IMG/VR virus record: IMGVR_UViG_3300032893_000002
Span: 46,668 to 110,667 of that record
Strand: one strand, 5' to 3'
From: a virus
DNA length: 64,000 nucleotides
Part shown: positions 40,267 to 47,924 of the stretch, in pieces
Position numbering within the stretch: the first letter of the stretch is position 1
How the letters are laid out: every line of letters begins with the position of its first letter
The notes under the pieces: generated by a model
Database searches by the model: none
The model's input: only the letters and a program-made list of their open reading frames with translations
Told to the model about the DNA's origin: nothing
Translations under genes and position numbers: made by a program

Positions 40267-40631
40267 TGAAACTTGATCGTGAGCTGAAGTTTGTTCCTGC
40301 AGTACTGAAGAAATTACAACTTCAAGCTACTGCGCAAGATGACCAAGATTTTGTCTTAGTCATTTTTCAAGCGAATCCTTCAGCAAAAGTAGACCAAGAC
40401 ATAACATTAGTTGCTGCGCAGCGAACTGCAACAGCAAAAGTAGACCAAGATGTCATATTAGTTGCTTACTCGCGTCCTGTCGGTAATGCGACTCAATTAA
40501 TGACTTGGGATGAACCCGATCTTCAATATATTATAAAGAAAAGGAGGAATGAAGGACTTTATATTCAAGCCAGTGTTCCTGTCTTTCAGACAACAACAGC
40601 ATTTTTTCCGGTTGTATTTGTCGTAACTTAA
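40266..40631 (+). CDS. Small repeat protein B (paralog of 37292..37648)
   Basis: LKKLQLQATAQDDQDFVL...VDQDITL...VDQDVIL. TAATG coupling to fiber 2. Confidence 0.45.
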   Translation: MKLDRELKFVPAVLKKLQLQATAQDDQDFVLVIFQANPSAKVDQDITLVAAQRTATAKVDQDVILVAYSRPVGNATQLMTWDEPDLQYIIKKRRNEGLYIQASVPVFQTTTAFFPVVFVVT

Positions 40632-40640
40632 GGAGCGATT

Positions 40641-41042
40641 ATGCCGGCATTACTAGGTTTTGAATCAGTAACAAAGCTTGATGTATATGTATTTCTTATT
40701 ATAAGCTTCTTTGTGTTTGTTACACTGATAGCATTTAAGCGATCAGTTGTACCTTCACTCCAATCTCTTATGTCTTTTATTGCTCTGCTTAATAGTAAAG
40801 GGGGGCTGATCTTTGTTCTATTAATTTTGTGGATTATATCATTTGCTGCAAGCATCACCCTAGGACTTTGGGCATTGATTAAAGGAGTAAGTCCACAAAA
40901 TGCAATATTAATGATGTTGTTATCTTGGGTTACAGGACAGGCATGGGGGAATATTAATGGCGCGTTACTCAAGACGATGACGGGGGAACAGCCGCCGATT
41001 ACAGCACCAGCCTCACCTAAACCCGAAGAGCCCAAAGCGTAG
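40641..41042 (+). CDS. Multi-pass membrane protein (holin-like candidate)
   Basis: Three or four hydrophobic helices. Chosen over the overlapping minus-strand ORF because of operon context. Confidence 0.4.
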   Translation: MPALLGFESVTKLDVYVFLIISFFVFVTLIAFKRSVVPSLQSLMSFIALLNSKGGLIFVLLILWIISFAASITLGLWALIKGVSPQNAILMMLLSWVTGQAWGNINGALLKTMTGEQPPITAPASPKPEEPKA

Positions 41043-41053
41043 GATGGATAACT

Positions 41054-41308
41054 ATGCATATGCGGAGACTATTTCAGTTAATTATTCCAAGAGGTGTAAA
41101 TGCGATCCAAGCTCTGGCATTCGGAGTATTTTTTGGTATATTCATAATATGTGTTGAATACCTGCTTAGATTTTATATCAGATTAGATTTCTTTTACATA
41201 GCTGCTATAATTTCTGTGATTGGAGCTGCTGCATTTACTTTACTTTTTTACTTAATTCTAAATATTCAGGATGAGGTAGATGAAATTCACTCGGATCCAA
41301 AAACTTAA
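41054..41308 (+). CDS. Two-TM small membrane protein (holin-like)
   Basis: 84 aa with two hydrophobic helices and a charged C-terminus. Confidence 0.4.
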   Translation: MHMRRLFQLIIPRGVNAIQALAFGVFFGIFIICVEYLLRFYIRLDFFYIAAIISVIGAAAFTLLFYLILNIQDEVDEIHSDPKT

Positions 41309-41633
41309 ACTCTTTACACGATTAGCCGTAATATGGGGCGGCGTATTTGTGATTGTTTGGACTCCTTTCCTAATTTTTGCTCAAGGAAATTTATCTACCC
41401 TGTCTACACATTCCGCAGTTCAAGATGAACGAATAACAGATATATACAAAAAAGTAGAAGATCAATCTACACAAATAGTTAAAATGCAAGGAGAGTTGAC
41501 AGAACTTCAACGCGATGTTTACATGTGGAAAGGTGCTGTTGTTGGATTTGGAGCATTTGTAAGCTTTTTAGAAGTTCTTCAAGCTCTCGGTGCTCTTGGT
41601 AGAGAAAAGTATAAAAAGCAAAGTTTATCTTGA
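41280..41633 (+). CDS. N-terminal TM plus coiled-coil protein (spanin/antiholin-like)
   Basis: One N-terminal TM segment, then a predicted coiled coil. Confidence 0.3.
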   Translation: MKFTRIQKLKLFTRLAVIWGGVFVIVWTPFLIFAQGNLSTLSTHSAVQDERITDIYKKVEDQSTQIVKMQGELTELQRDVYMWKGAVVGFGAFVSFLEVLQALGALGREKYKKQSLS

Positions 41634-41674
41634 CAGTAGGTTGTTTTTACAATATCATACTATTAATTATTGAT

Positions 41675-42079
41675 ATGTGGACGTTTGAACAGAGTACTGG
41701 CCGATTTAAAAACGACTCTGGTGATATTATAAGTATTGGATATGCAGGCAAAGGAGCTGGAAAAAATAATCCTGCTATGCAATGCGTAAAAGATACAGGG
41801 CCACTTCCAGTAGGTAACTATACAATTTCAGCCCCAACAGATGATAAAGTTGTAGGGCTATTCGCATTAAGACTTATTCCGGATCCGAAAAACGATATGT
41901 GTGGTAGAAGTGATTTTTTTATTCATGGAGAAAATCCAGCACATATCGGGCAGTCGTCAGATGGCTGCATAATTCTGCCAATTTATATTAGAAAGCTAAT
42001 ATGGCGCAGCGGAGACAAGTTGTTAGCAGTTGTAACCGGGCTTTCACCCTTACAGACATATCCAGATACACAAGTTTAA
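41675..42079 (+). CDS. YkuD-like L,D-transpeptidase-fold protein (endolysin candidate)
   Basis: FFIHGENPAHIGQSSDGCIIL matches the LD-transpeptidase catalytic H...S.GC(I/V) motif. Likely start at MWTFEQ. Confidence 0.5.
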   Translation: MWTFEQSTGRFKNDSGDIISIGYAGKGAGKNNPAMQCVKDTGPLPVGNYTISAPTDDKVVGLFALRLIPDPKNDMCGRSDFFIHGENPAHIGQSSDGCIILPIYIRKLIWRSGDKLLAVVTGLSPLQTYPDTQV

Positions 42080-42091
42080 CAAGAGGAGAAT

Positions 42092-42721
42092 ATGAAAAGT
42101 TTTGCCGATAAGTTCTTAGCTTCTATGCTTGCATTAGTTTTCGTGATTTCAACTACTGCATGCAATTCCAATCTCGCATTAACAGAAGTTGAACGCTTTC
42201 AGCCAATCGTAACAAACGTATTAGTGCTTGCATGCACCTTTACAAGTAATCCTCTGTGCCAATCAGCAGGCGCAAAAATTAATCAAGATGTCGCCAGTGT
42301 GATCCAGCTTTGGACTGCATATAATGCAGCTGTGCAGAGTGGAACAGCAACACAAGCAATTTGGAATGATTTAAATGCCGCGTTTACAACATTTGAACAA
42401 GACTCTGCGCAAATCTTCGCACTCGTAAATGTTGTGGACCCTGCACATCAACAGGAAATTGCCGCAATTGTTGCAGCAGCGCAGGTGCTACTTGCTTCTA
42501 TTGAAGTAGCGTTTCCGGCTTCGCCGTCAGCGTCAGCTAAACGTGCAAGTGTATTTAAAACATCTGCGCCATTAAAAGATAAAGCCGCATTCGAAGCTTG
42601 GGAGAAAGATTATAATAACAAAGTTAATATTCTAAAGAAAGCGCATCCTAAAGCCGGCTTAAAGAACGTTCATTTTCACGGTTCGTTTGCTAGAGTAACA
42701 ACGTTTGGAATAGCAAAGTAA
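42092..42721 (+). CDS. Putative lipoprotein
   Basis: Signal peptide with ISTTAC lipobox-like Cys. GGAG RBS. Confidence 0.4.
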   Translation: MKSFADKFLASMLALVFVISTTACNSNLALTEVERFQPIVTNVLVLACTFTSNPLCQSAGAKINQDVASVIQLWTAYNAAVQSGTATQAIWNDLNAAFTTFEQDSAQIFALVNVVDPAHQQEIAAIVAAAQVLLASIEVAFPASPSASAKRASVFKTSAPLKDKAAFEAWEKDYNNKVNILKKAHPKAGLKNVHFHGSFARVTTFGIAK

Positions 42722-42722
42722 T

Positions 42723-42932
42723 ATGAAAAAATACATAGTGTTGCTACTGTTGTGCGGTACAAGTTTTGCTTCAACATTGGATAGCAAATCACTAATGGTT
42801 GGTATCTCAATTGGAGCAGGCAGTTTCGTAACAAGAAATTATGTGGTTTTGCCTGTAGCAAAAACTACAGCTAAAGCTGCAAAGAAAACTGCGCGTGCTA
42901 CAAAACATGTAGCAACACTAGGCAGGAGATAA
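42723..42932 (+). CDS. Small secreted protein
   Basis: Signal peptide MKKYIVLLLLCGTSFAS. Confidence 0.3.
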   Translation: MKKYIVLLLLCGTSFASTLDSKSLMVGISIGAGSFVTRNYVVLPVAKTTAKAAKKTARATKHVATLGRR

Positions 42933-42933
42933 A

Positions 42934-43701
42934 ATGCAGAGAAAATATGGAAGAAAGATTCCTGCTCCTATGCCGGCGCATCGAATGCTTTCACGTTCAG
43001 ATGCAGTAAAAGATGTTGTAGATTTAAGAAGCTGGTGCGGTCCAATTAAAGATCAAGGACAACTTGGATCTTGCACAGGTCATGCATTTTCTTCTGGAAT
43101 GGAATGGATCTGGAGACGATATTATAAGAAAGAGCCAATTTTATCACCACTCTATATCTATTCAAGAGAATTACTGGCAGATGGTAATTTTCCAAATGAT
43201 GACGGATCTACCGGCGAAACAGGTTGCAATGTAGCTATAGTATATGGCTGCTGCGAGGATTCGCTATATCCTGATTCTACGCGTAATATCCAGCAACCTA
43301 CGAGCATAATGGATACAAATGCTCAACAATATAGACTTGGAGCTTATCACGGGTTAAATGGTTCTAGCTCGGCTATATCCGTTATTGCTGACCCAACACC
43401 ATGGCCTGTAGAAATTGGCTTTACTGTTTATGATTCTTTTGAAAGTGAAGAAGTAGCCAAGACAGGAATTTATAATCCAAAATCAGGAGAGACAGTACTA
43501 GGAGGGCACGAAGTATTAATGATAGGAGTAGATACTGGAGTCGCTCCCACACTTCGTCCTGCAAATTGTCCGCCCGCAGCATTAATTCAAAACAGCTGGG
43601 GAACAGATTGGGGAATCGGAGGCTGCTTCTGGATGGCGTTATCTGTTTTGGACGATCCTCAAACAGATCTCAAAATTGCGCACGCCGGGCATCCATGGTA
43701 A
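42934..43701 (+). CDS. Papain-like (C1 family) cysteine peptidase
   Basis: Catalytic triad motifs QGQLGSCTGHAF (Cys), GGHEVLMIGVD (His), NSWGTDWGIGG (Asn). Confidence 0.65.
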   Translation: MQRKYGRKIPAPMPAHRMLSRSDAVKDVVDLRSWCGPIKDQGQLGSCTGHAFSSGMEWIWRRYYKKEPILSPLYIYSRELLADGNFPNDDGSTGETGCNVAIVYGCCEDSLYPDSTRNIQQPTSIMDTNAQQYRLGAYHGLNGSSSAISVIADPTPWPVEIGFTVYDSFESEEVAKTGIYNPKSGETVLGGHEVLMIGVDTGVAPTLRPANCPPAALIQNSWGTDWGIGGCFWMALSVLDDPQTDLKIAHAGHPW

Positions 43702-43728
43702 GATTTTTTAGTAAGGGGTGTAAATAAT

Positions 43729-43929
43729 ATGGGATCTATACTTGGATGGCTTGTGAAGATTTTTAATTTACTTCAACGAATATCTCAACAAACTGAACAG
43801 ATTCTAATTGGTCAGCAACAGTTACAAATTGAAATTGTTGAGATCCAATCCGATCTAGAAATAATTAAAAAAGTAGTCGGAATTGGAGTTCCTGTTTCTG
43901 AAACGATAGAATGGGCTTCACCCAAATAA
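43729..43929 (+). CDS. Small hypothetical protein
   Basis: ORF with GGGG RBS only. Confidence 0.25.
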   Translation: MGSILGWLVKIFNLLQRISQQTEQILIGQQQLQIEIVEIQSDLEIIKKVVGIGVPVSETIEWASPK

Positions 43930-43950
43930 AAATCAAGGAGAAATAAAATA

Positions 43951-44274
43951 ATGCCAGCAACAATCACAGATATTCAAACAGTAGCAGTTTCTGGAATCGC
44001 CGCAGTTGACGCTGCTGGTGAGCCAGTTGCTGTAGATACAACCAAGATCACATGGACCGTAGGCGATCCAACATTACTAACAATTGTGTTAGATCCTACA
44101 TCTGGTCTACCAACATTTGGATTTAACAAAGGTGTATTTACTGGAACTTTACCGGCAACATCACAAGTGTCTGGTTTAGATACAGTTAATAACCTGACCT
44201 CGACCGATAGTATTACTGTTAATACTAGCGCTGCTACAACCGAGACAATTCAGTTTGCTGTGCCAACCCCGTAA
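43951..44274 (+). CDS. Hypothetical protein, possible Ig-like (BIG2-type) domain
   Basis: AAGGAG RBS. T/V-rich beta pattern. Followed by a terminator. Confidence 0.3.
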   Translation: MPATITDIQTVAVSGIAAVDAAGEPVAVDTTKITWTVGDPTLLTIVLDPTSGLPTFGFNKGVFTGTLPATSQVSGLDTVNNLTSTDSITVNTSAATTETIQFAVPTP

Positions 44275-44300
44275 CTAACACTGCTTGAAAAAGCTAATAA

Positions 44301-44335
44301 AGGCCGACTAGTTCAAATCTAGCTCGGCCTTTTTA
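44301..44335 (+). terminator. Rho-independent terminator
   Basis: AGGCCGACTAG...CTAGCTCGGCCT hairpin followed by TTTTT. Confidence 0.6.
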
Positions 44336-44353
44336 CTTAAGTATGGTTAAGTA

Positions 44354-44536
44354 ATGTCGGACTATTCTGGAGTACTTTATCAGTATAGCTGCAATAAATG
44401 CGGCAGTTCGTATCTAATAGAACTGAGAGCAGGCCCGCTCGCCGCGCCTTTTCACTGTCCAACTTGTAGCGCTTCATCCCCAGAATTTCATTGGGATTAC
44501 TTGCGCTTCCAGTATATAAAAGGAAGCACATTTTAG
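44354..44536 (+). CDS. Small zinc-ribbon protein
   Basis: CNKCG...CPTC. Confidence 0.3.
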   Translation: MSDYSGVLYQYSCNKCGSSYLIELRAGPLAAPFHCPTCSASSPEFHWDYLRFQYIKGSTF

Positions 44537-44545
44537 GAGACGTAA

Positions 44546-45436
44546 GTGGCTAATGATACAGCAATGCTGTACCGAGATTTAAATGCTAAGCAAAAAGCAA
44601 CATTTGAGTGGATGGCTAATTTATGGAAAAAGCAGCAGCCACTTGATAAAGGCGTGCGGATGTCCACGCACATGAATTATGCTGAACAAACAAAACACGT
44701 AGTTTGGCACCTACCTGCGACACTTAAACAAATCGAATTAATTCATATTACAGATGTTCAATTTGGACATGTATACTGTAAAGTCGATCGTGTAGTCGAA
44801 TACCGAGATTGGGTATTATCCGAACCTAACAGGTATATGTTATGGGGAGGAGATATGATTGATGCGTATGCGTTAATGAAATCTCCGGGAAGTCCTTGGG
44901 AAGAAGTAGGGGATAGTCAATCACAAGCAAATCTATTTGCAGAGATTTGGGGTCCTGCACGACACAGGATTTTGGGATATGTAGGAGGGAATCACGAACG
45001 TCGTGGCCTTTCCAGTTTCGGAGATTTAGGGGTTTACATAGCCAATATCTTACAAATTCCATATAGTTCAGGACAACAATTTATAGATATTCATTTCGGT
45101 AAGTGGGCACCGTTTAGAGTACATCTTTGGCATGGTCGGGGAGCTGCAAAAACAAAAGGCGCAAAGATAAATCTAATTCACGAAATCATGAAGAAATCAG
45201 ACTGTGACCTAATTCTATTAGGTCATTTACATGATGTCTTGATGACATTCGATTGGAGAGTTGTTCGAGATAACAGTTCTAATATTTGTTTAAAGAAGCA
45301 AGGAGGGGCCATGTCGTCAAGTTTCCTAGAATTCTTCGGAACATATGCAGAAGTAGCTGGATTAAACCCTGCAGACGTTATGATGGCATGTACAACTCTA
45401 TTTCCAAATGGGCATTGGCGGCTTCAGTTCCAATAA
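44546..45436 (+). CDS. Calcineurin-like metallophosphoesterase (possible SbcD/Mre11-like nuclease)
   Basis: Motifs ITDVQFGH, GGDMIDA, GGNHE, GHLHD. Confidence 0.6.
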   Translation: MANDTAMLYRDLNAKQKATFEWMANLWKKQQPLDKGVRMSTHMNYAEQTKHVVWHLPATLKQIELIHITDVQFGHVYCKVDRVVEYRDWVLSEPNRYMLWGGDMIDAYALMKSPGSPWEEVGDSQSQANLFAEIWGPARHRILGYVGGNHERRGLSSFGDLGVYIANILQIPYSSGQQFIDIHFGKWAPFRVHLWHGRGAAKTKGAKINLIHEIMKKSDCDLILLGHLHDVLMTFDWRVVRDNSSNICLKKQGGAMSSSFLEFFGTYAEVAGLNPADVMMACTTLFPNGHWRLQFQ

Positions 45437-45457
45437 TAGTAAGCTGGGAGCTAGGCA

Positions 45458-45835
45458 GTGAGAAGCGATCGTTCACTAAAAATGTGGTATCGCGAAATTA
45501 ATGCGCGGTTCTTTGATAATGAACTGCCCGATAACATTGTTGTGAAGTGGGGAGGACCAGAAGAGGAAGATGATGAGGCTAACTGGGAAGAGAAGTATAA
45601 TGGCTATGCCCAACGTCTAATTGGAGATCCTCTCCACTATGCTGTTATAGTATTAAATAATGATTTAAGACATAATCCAACATTCAAGCTATCGATCCTA
45701 GTTCACGAAATGATTCATGTTGCAACAGATTTTAGAGACAGTCACGGAGATGCCTTTAATAACTGGCTTAAGAAATTGATGGACAAAGGGTTATTTAAGA
45801 AGGGCGCTCTGTTTAGAGGGATAACTTTATTTTGA
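45458..45835 (+). CDS. SprT-like zinc metallopeptidase domain protein
   Basis: EINARFFDNELPD...IVLNNDL...LVHEMIHVATDFRDSHGDAFNNWL (HExxH). Confidence 0.5.
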   Translation: MRSDRSLKMWYREINARFFDNELPDNIVVKWGGPEEEDDEANWEEKYNGYAQRLIGDPLHYAVIVLNNDLRHNPTFKLSILVHEMIHVATDFRDSHGDAFNNWLKKLMDKGLFKKGALFRGITLF

Positions 45836-45839
45836 AATT

Positions 45840-46208
45840 ATGTGTGCTACGGGGTGTCACGTGTGTGGAATAGCTAAATTAACGCCAGAACAGAAAAAGT
45901 ATTATGATGAACGAAAAGCAACACGTCAGCGTTTAGATTTACGTGGGATAGAACTTCATACTATAGAAAAATATCCTGAGCAAATTCAAGAAATTGAAGA
46001 TGGCTTGCGTAAATGGTGGGAAGAGCGGCAAGATCAGCCTGATGAAATTGTAGTAGATAGTGTAGAAGCTCTTATGTGTTTGCTTAAACAGGAACCCAAA
46101 GGATCCTCTTACTACACAAAATGGCACTCATATGTTTACTGGTATAAAACTAAATTTTCAATGAATCCTGAATGCGATTCGAGAATACCCATTTTTGGGA
46201 ATATTTGA
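45840..46208 (+). CDS. Hypothetical protein
   Basis: ORF only. Confidence 0.3.
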   Translation: MCATGCHVCGIAKLTPEQKKYYDERKATRQRLDLRGIELHTIEKYPEQIQEIEDGLRKWWEERQDQPDEIVVDSVEALMCLLKQEPKGSSYYTKWHSYVYWYKTKFSMNPECDSRIPIFGNI

Positions 46209-46218
46209 AGGAGAATTC

Positions 46219-46413
46219 ATGGCGGGAACAAATCAATGGGGTAACTATTACGACAACACAGGAACGGTTCCTATCGAGTATGGTAATCCAGGAGTATCGG
46301 AGAATAATCCTTGGGGATTTCCTGTGCCGGGAGTCGATTCAGAAAGTAATCAAAATGTAAATGAAACGAATCCTAATCCTCCTACAGGAGGGATTAATCC
46401 GTATCCGTTTTAG
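46219..46413 (+). CDS. Small G/N/P-rich hypothetical protein
   Basis: GGAG RBS, start MAGTNQWG. Confidence 0.3.
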   Translation: MAGTNQWGNYYDNTGTVPIEYGNPGVSENNPWGFPVPGVDSESNQNVNETNPNPPTGGINPYPF

Positions 46414-46493
46414 GAGGTACGTGTTTTAAGCTCGCTTGTAACCTGTAAAGTATTTGCGACGAATGCATTTAATTCATGATTGAAGAATTAATT

Positions 46494-46600
46494 TGGCGCC
46501 CCTGGAGGGATTCGAACCCCCGACCAATGAGTTAATACCCACTGCTCTTTTGAGGGCGGATTTAGAGTCCGCAGCTCTGACCAGACTGAGCTACAGGGGC
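46494..46600 (-). tRNA. tRNA gene with anticodon CUA (amber-suppressor-like), class II-like with unusually long variable region, genomically encoded CCA
   Basis: Reverse complement reads GCCCCTG-TA-GCTC-AGTCTGGTCA-GAGC-T-GCGGA-CUCUAAA-TCCGC-(34 nt)-GGGGG-TTCGAAT-CCCTC-CAGGGGC-G-CCA. Acceptor, D, anticodon and T arms are well formed. The variable region holds an 8-bp hairpin. Coordinates +/-1. Confidence 0.6.
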
Positions 46601-46735
46601 GCATTAAAAATTATGTTTACCAATTCTTCTGCTCAATCTATTCTTTATTGTCCAAATTGTGGAAAACAACTTTACGAGCATCGTTGTAAGTTAATCTGCG
46701 AATGTGGTTTCTTTCTAAGCTGCAGCGATTTTTAC

Positions 46736-46764
46736 TAGACATTCATTCCAATGTGCGTTATAAT
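46736..46764 (+). promoter_or_regulatory. Near-consensus sigma70-like promoter
   Basis: TAGACA-N17-TATAAT; GGAGG RBS at ~46785. Confidence 0.45.
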
Positions 46765-46798
46765 ATAAACTACCTGTCACATTAGGAGGTAATTTAGC

Positions 46799-46999
46799 AT
46801 GGCAGTTGGAAATAATGATTTGCAAGGCAACCTAGTTAATCAATATGGACCTTGGCCGACGACAGGCATTGGTACTGGAGGCGCAGTTACAATTTCTTCC
46901 ACTCTACAGTTAACCAATTTTTACGTTCAAGGTAACGGTGGTTCGAAAGCTAATAGCACTACTAACTTCCTCGCACAACTCCTCGCAGATACCCCGTAA
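46799..46999 (+). CDS. Small stand-alone protein (66 aa, G/T/N-rich) with dedicated promoter and terminator
   Basis: MAVGNNDLQGNLVNQYGPWPTTGIGTGGAVTISS... Strong RBS. Terminator 7 nt downstream. Confidence 0.45.
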   Translation: MAVGNNDLQGNLVNQYGPWPTTGIGTGGAVTISSTLQLTNFYVQGNGGSKANSTTNFLAQLLADTP

Positions 47000-47005
47000 G
47001 TTAAA

Positions 47006-47037
47006 AGGGGCAAGTTTAACTAGCTTGCCCCTCTTCT
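47006..47037. terminator. Bidirectional rho-independent terminator between convergent genes
   Basis: GGGGCAAG-tttaacta-CTTGCCCC, with T-runs on both strands (TCTTCTT on plus, TTTTAA on minus). Confidence 0.6.
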
Positions 47038-47045
47038 TAACTCAT

Positions 47046-47462
47046 TCAATGTAAGCTGAAGCTAGAGATTCCCGGAGAAGGATTTGAACCCTCATTGCTC
47101 CGTACTGGAGATCCTCGCATTTGAATGATCCGGGAGTGTTCACAACATTCGTTCGGTTTATAGACACGATATTCTTTTAGTATATCTCTCTGCTGCCCCC
47201 AAATAGGTGCAGTAGCGATTGCTGTTAGCCCATAATTAAAATCTGGTTCAATCCACGCGAAATGCGGAATTTTGTTCTTGCGTAGTTTAAGTTGGACTTT
47301 TTGAAGGGATTTTGTGTGAGGCACACCTATGGCGACGATATTAGGTACGCCTTCTTCACCGCGAAGCGCTGCCATCATCATCGTTGCGTGATTGGATTGG
47401 ACGATTTGCTGAGCTAAGGGAAGATCTGTTCGGAAGAACAGATACACGTAACGTTCGGACAT
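47046..47462 (-). CDS. PTH2-type peptidyl-tRNA hydrolase, divergent copy
   Basis: YVYLFFRTDLPLAQQIVQSNHA and FAWIEPDFNYGLTAIATAPIW match the PTH2 motifs (VRTDL...AAQCSHA; IRDAG.T...TVLAIGP). Confidence 0.55.
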   Translation of the reverse strand: MSERYVYLFFRTDLPLAQQIVQSNHATMMMAALRGEEGVPNIVAIGVPHTKSLQKVQLKLRKNKIPHFAWIEPDFNYGLTAIATAPIWGQQRDILKEYRVYKPNECCEHSRIIQMRGSPVRSNEGSNPSPGISSFSLH

Positions 47463-47508
47463 CTATGTCATATGCTATCTCCTATGTTATATTTGTTTTG
47501 ATTCTTTG

Positions 47509-47706
47509 TCAACCCGCATGGGTCTTCTCTAATTTATTCCAATTCTGATCTCTATTGTGTTTTTCTTTGAGGTGCTTCTCATATAAATCAGATACTTGCT
47601 GCTCTTCATCTGGCGATATTTCTTTATCTGGACTATAATAGCCAAATCTATTTCCACAGAATGGGCAACCAGGAACCAATTCAAAAGTATATCTCTGAGC
47701 ACTCAT
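47509..47706 (-). CDS. Small Cys-pair (zinc-binding-like) protein
   Basis: CPFCGNRF; minus-strand early-gene array. Confidence 0.3.
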   Translation of the reverse strand: MSAQRYTFELVPGCPFCGNRFGYYSPDKEISPDEEQQVSDLYEKHLKEKHNRDQNWNKLEKTHAG

Positions 47707-47708
47707 TT

Positions 47709-47924
47709 TTATTTATTTATTCTAACCTCGATAAGTTTAACTGTACTATAGCATGATTCACTTTCTGTTATACCACCAATTGCCCAGCACTTATGGCAGA
47801 CGCTATCAGCTTCGGTTCCTGTTTCTTCAGACGCTCTAAGTTCATGTCCATTGACGAAGACATGATGAATCTTTGCTCTATCTTCGCTATCTATAATTAG
47901 TTCAAGAGTGATTTTATGCTTCAT
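47709..47924 (-). CDS. Small hypothetical protein
   Basis: ORF packed in the minus-strand array. Confidence 0.3.
   Translation of the reverse strand: MKHKITLELIIDSEDRAKIHHVFVNGHELRASEETGTEADSVCHKCWAIGGITESESCYSTVKLIEVRINK

Noticed and set aside
40628-41059. Minus-strand 143-aa ORF overlapping the 40641..41042 membrane protein
   Set aside because: The plus-strand ORF has convincing TM helices and fits the co-directional operon. The minus-strand ORF is a low-complexity mirror.
44546-45436. Calling 44546 definitively SbcD, partner of SbcC at 56805
   Set aside because: The genes are about 11 kb apart on opposite strands. The motifs fit generic calcineurin-like phosphoesterases, so the pairing is left as a possibility.
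46494-46600. tRNA as a phage attachment (attP) core
   Set aside because: The tRNA is full length with all arms, sits internally between phage genes, and there is no integrase in the window. It is more likely a phage-encoded tRNA, though this cannot be excluded without flanking data.
46493-46738. Plus-strand 81-aa ORF ([10 protein letters not shown]...)
   Set aside because: It is the antisense read-through of the minus-strand tRNA (GGGTTCGAATCCC complement). TTG start. Not a real gene.
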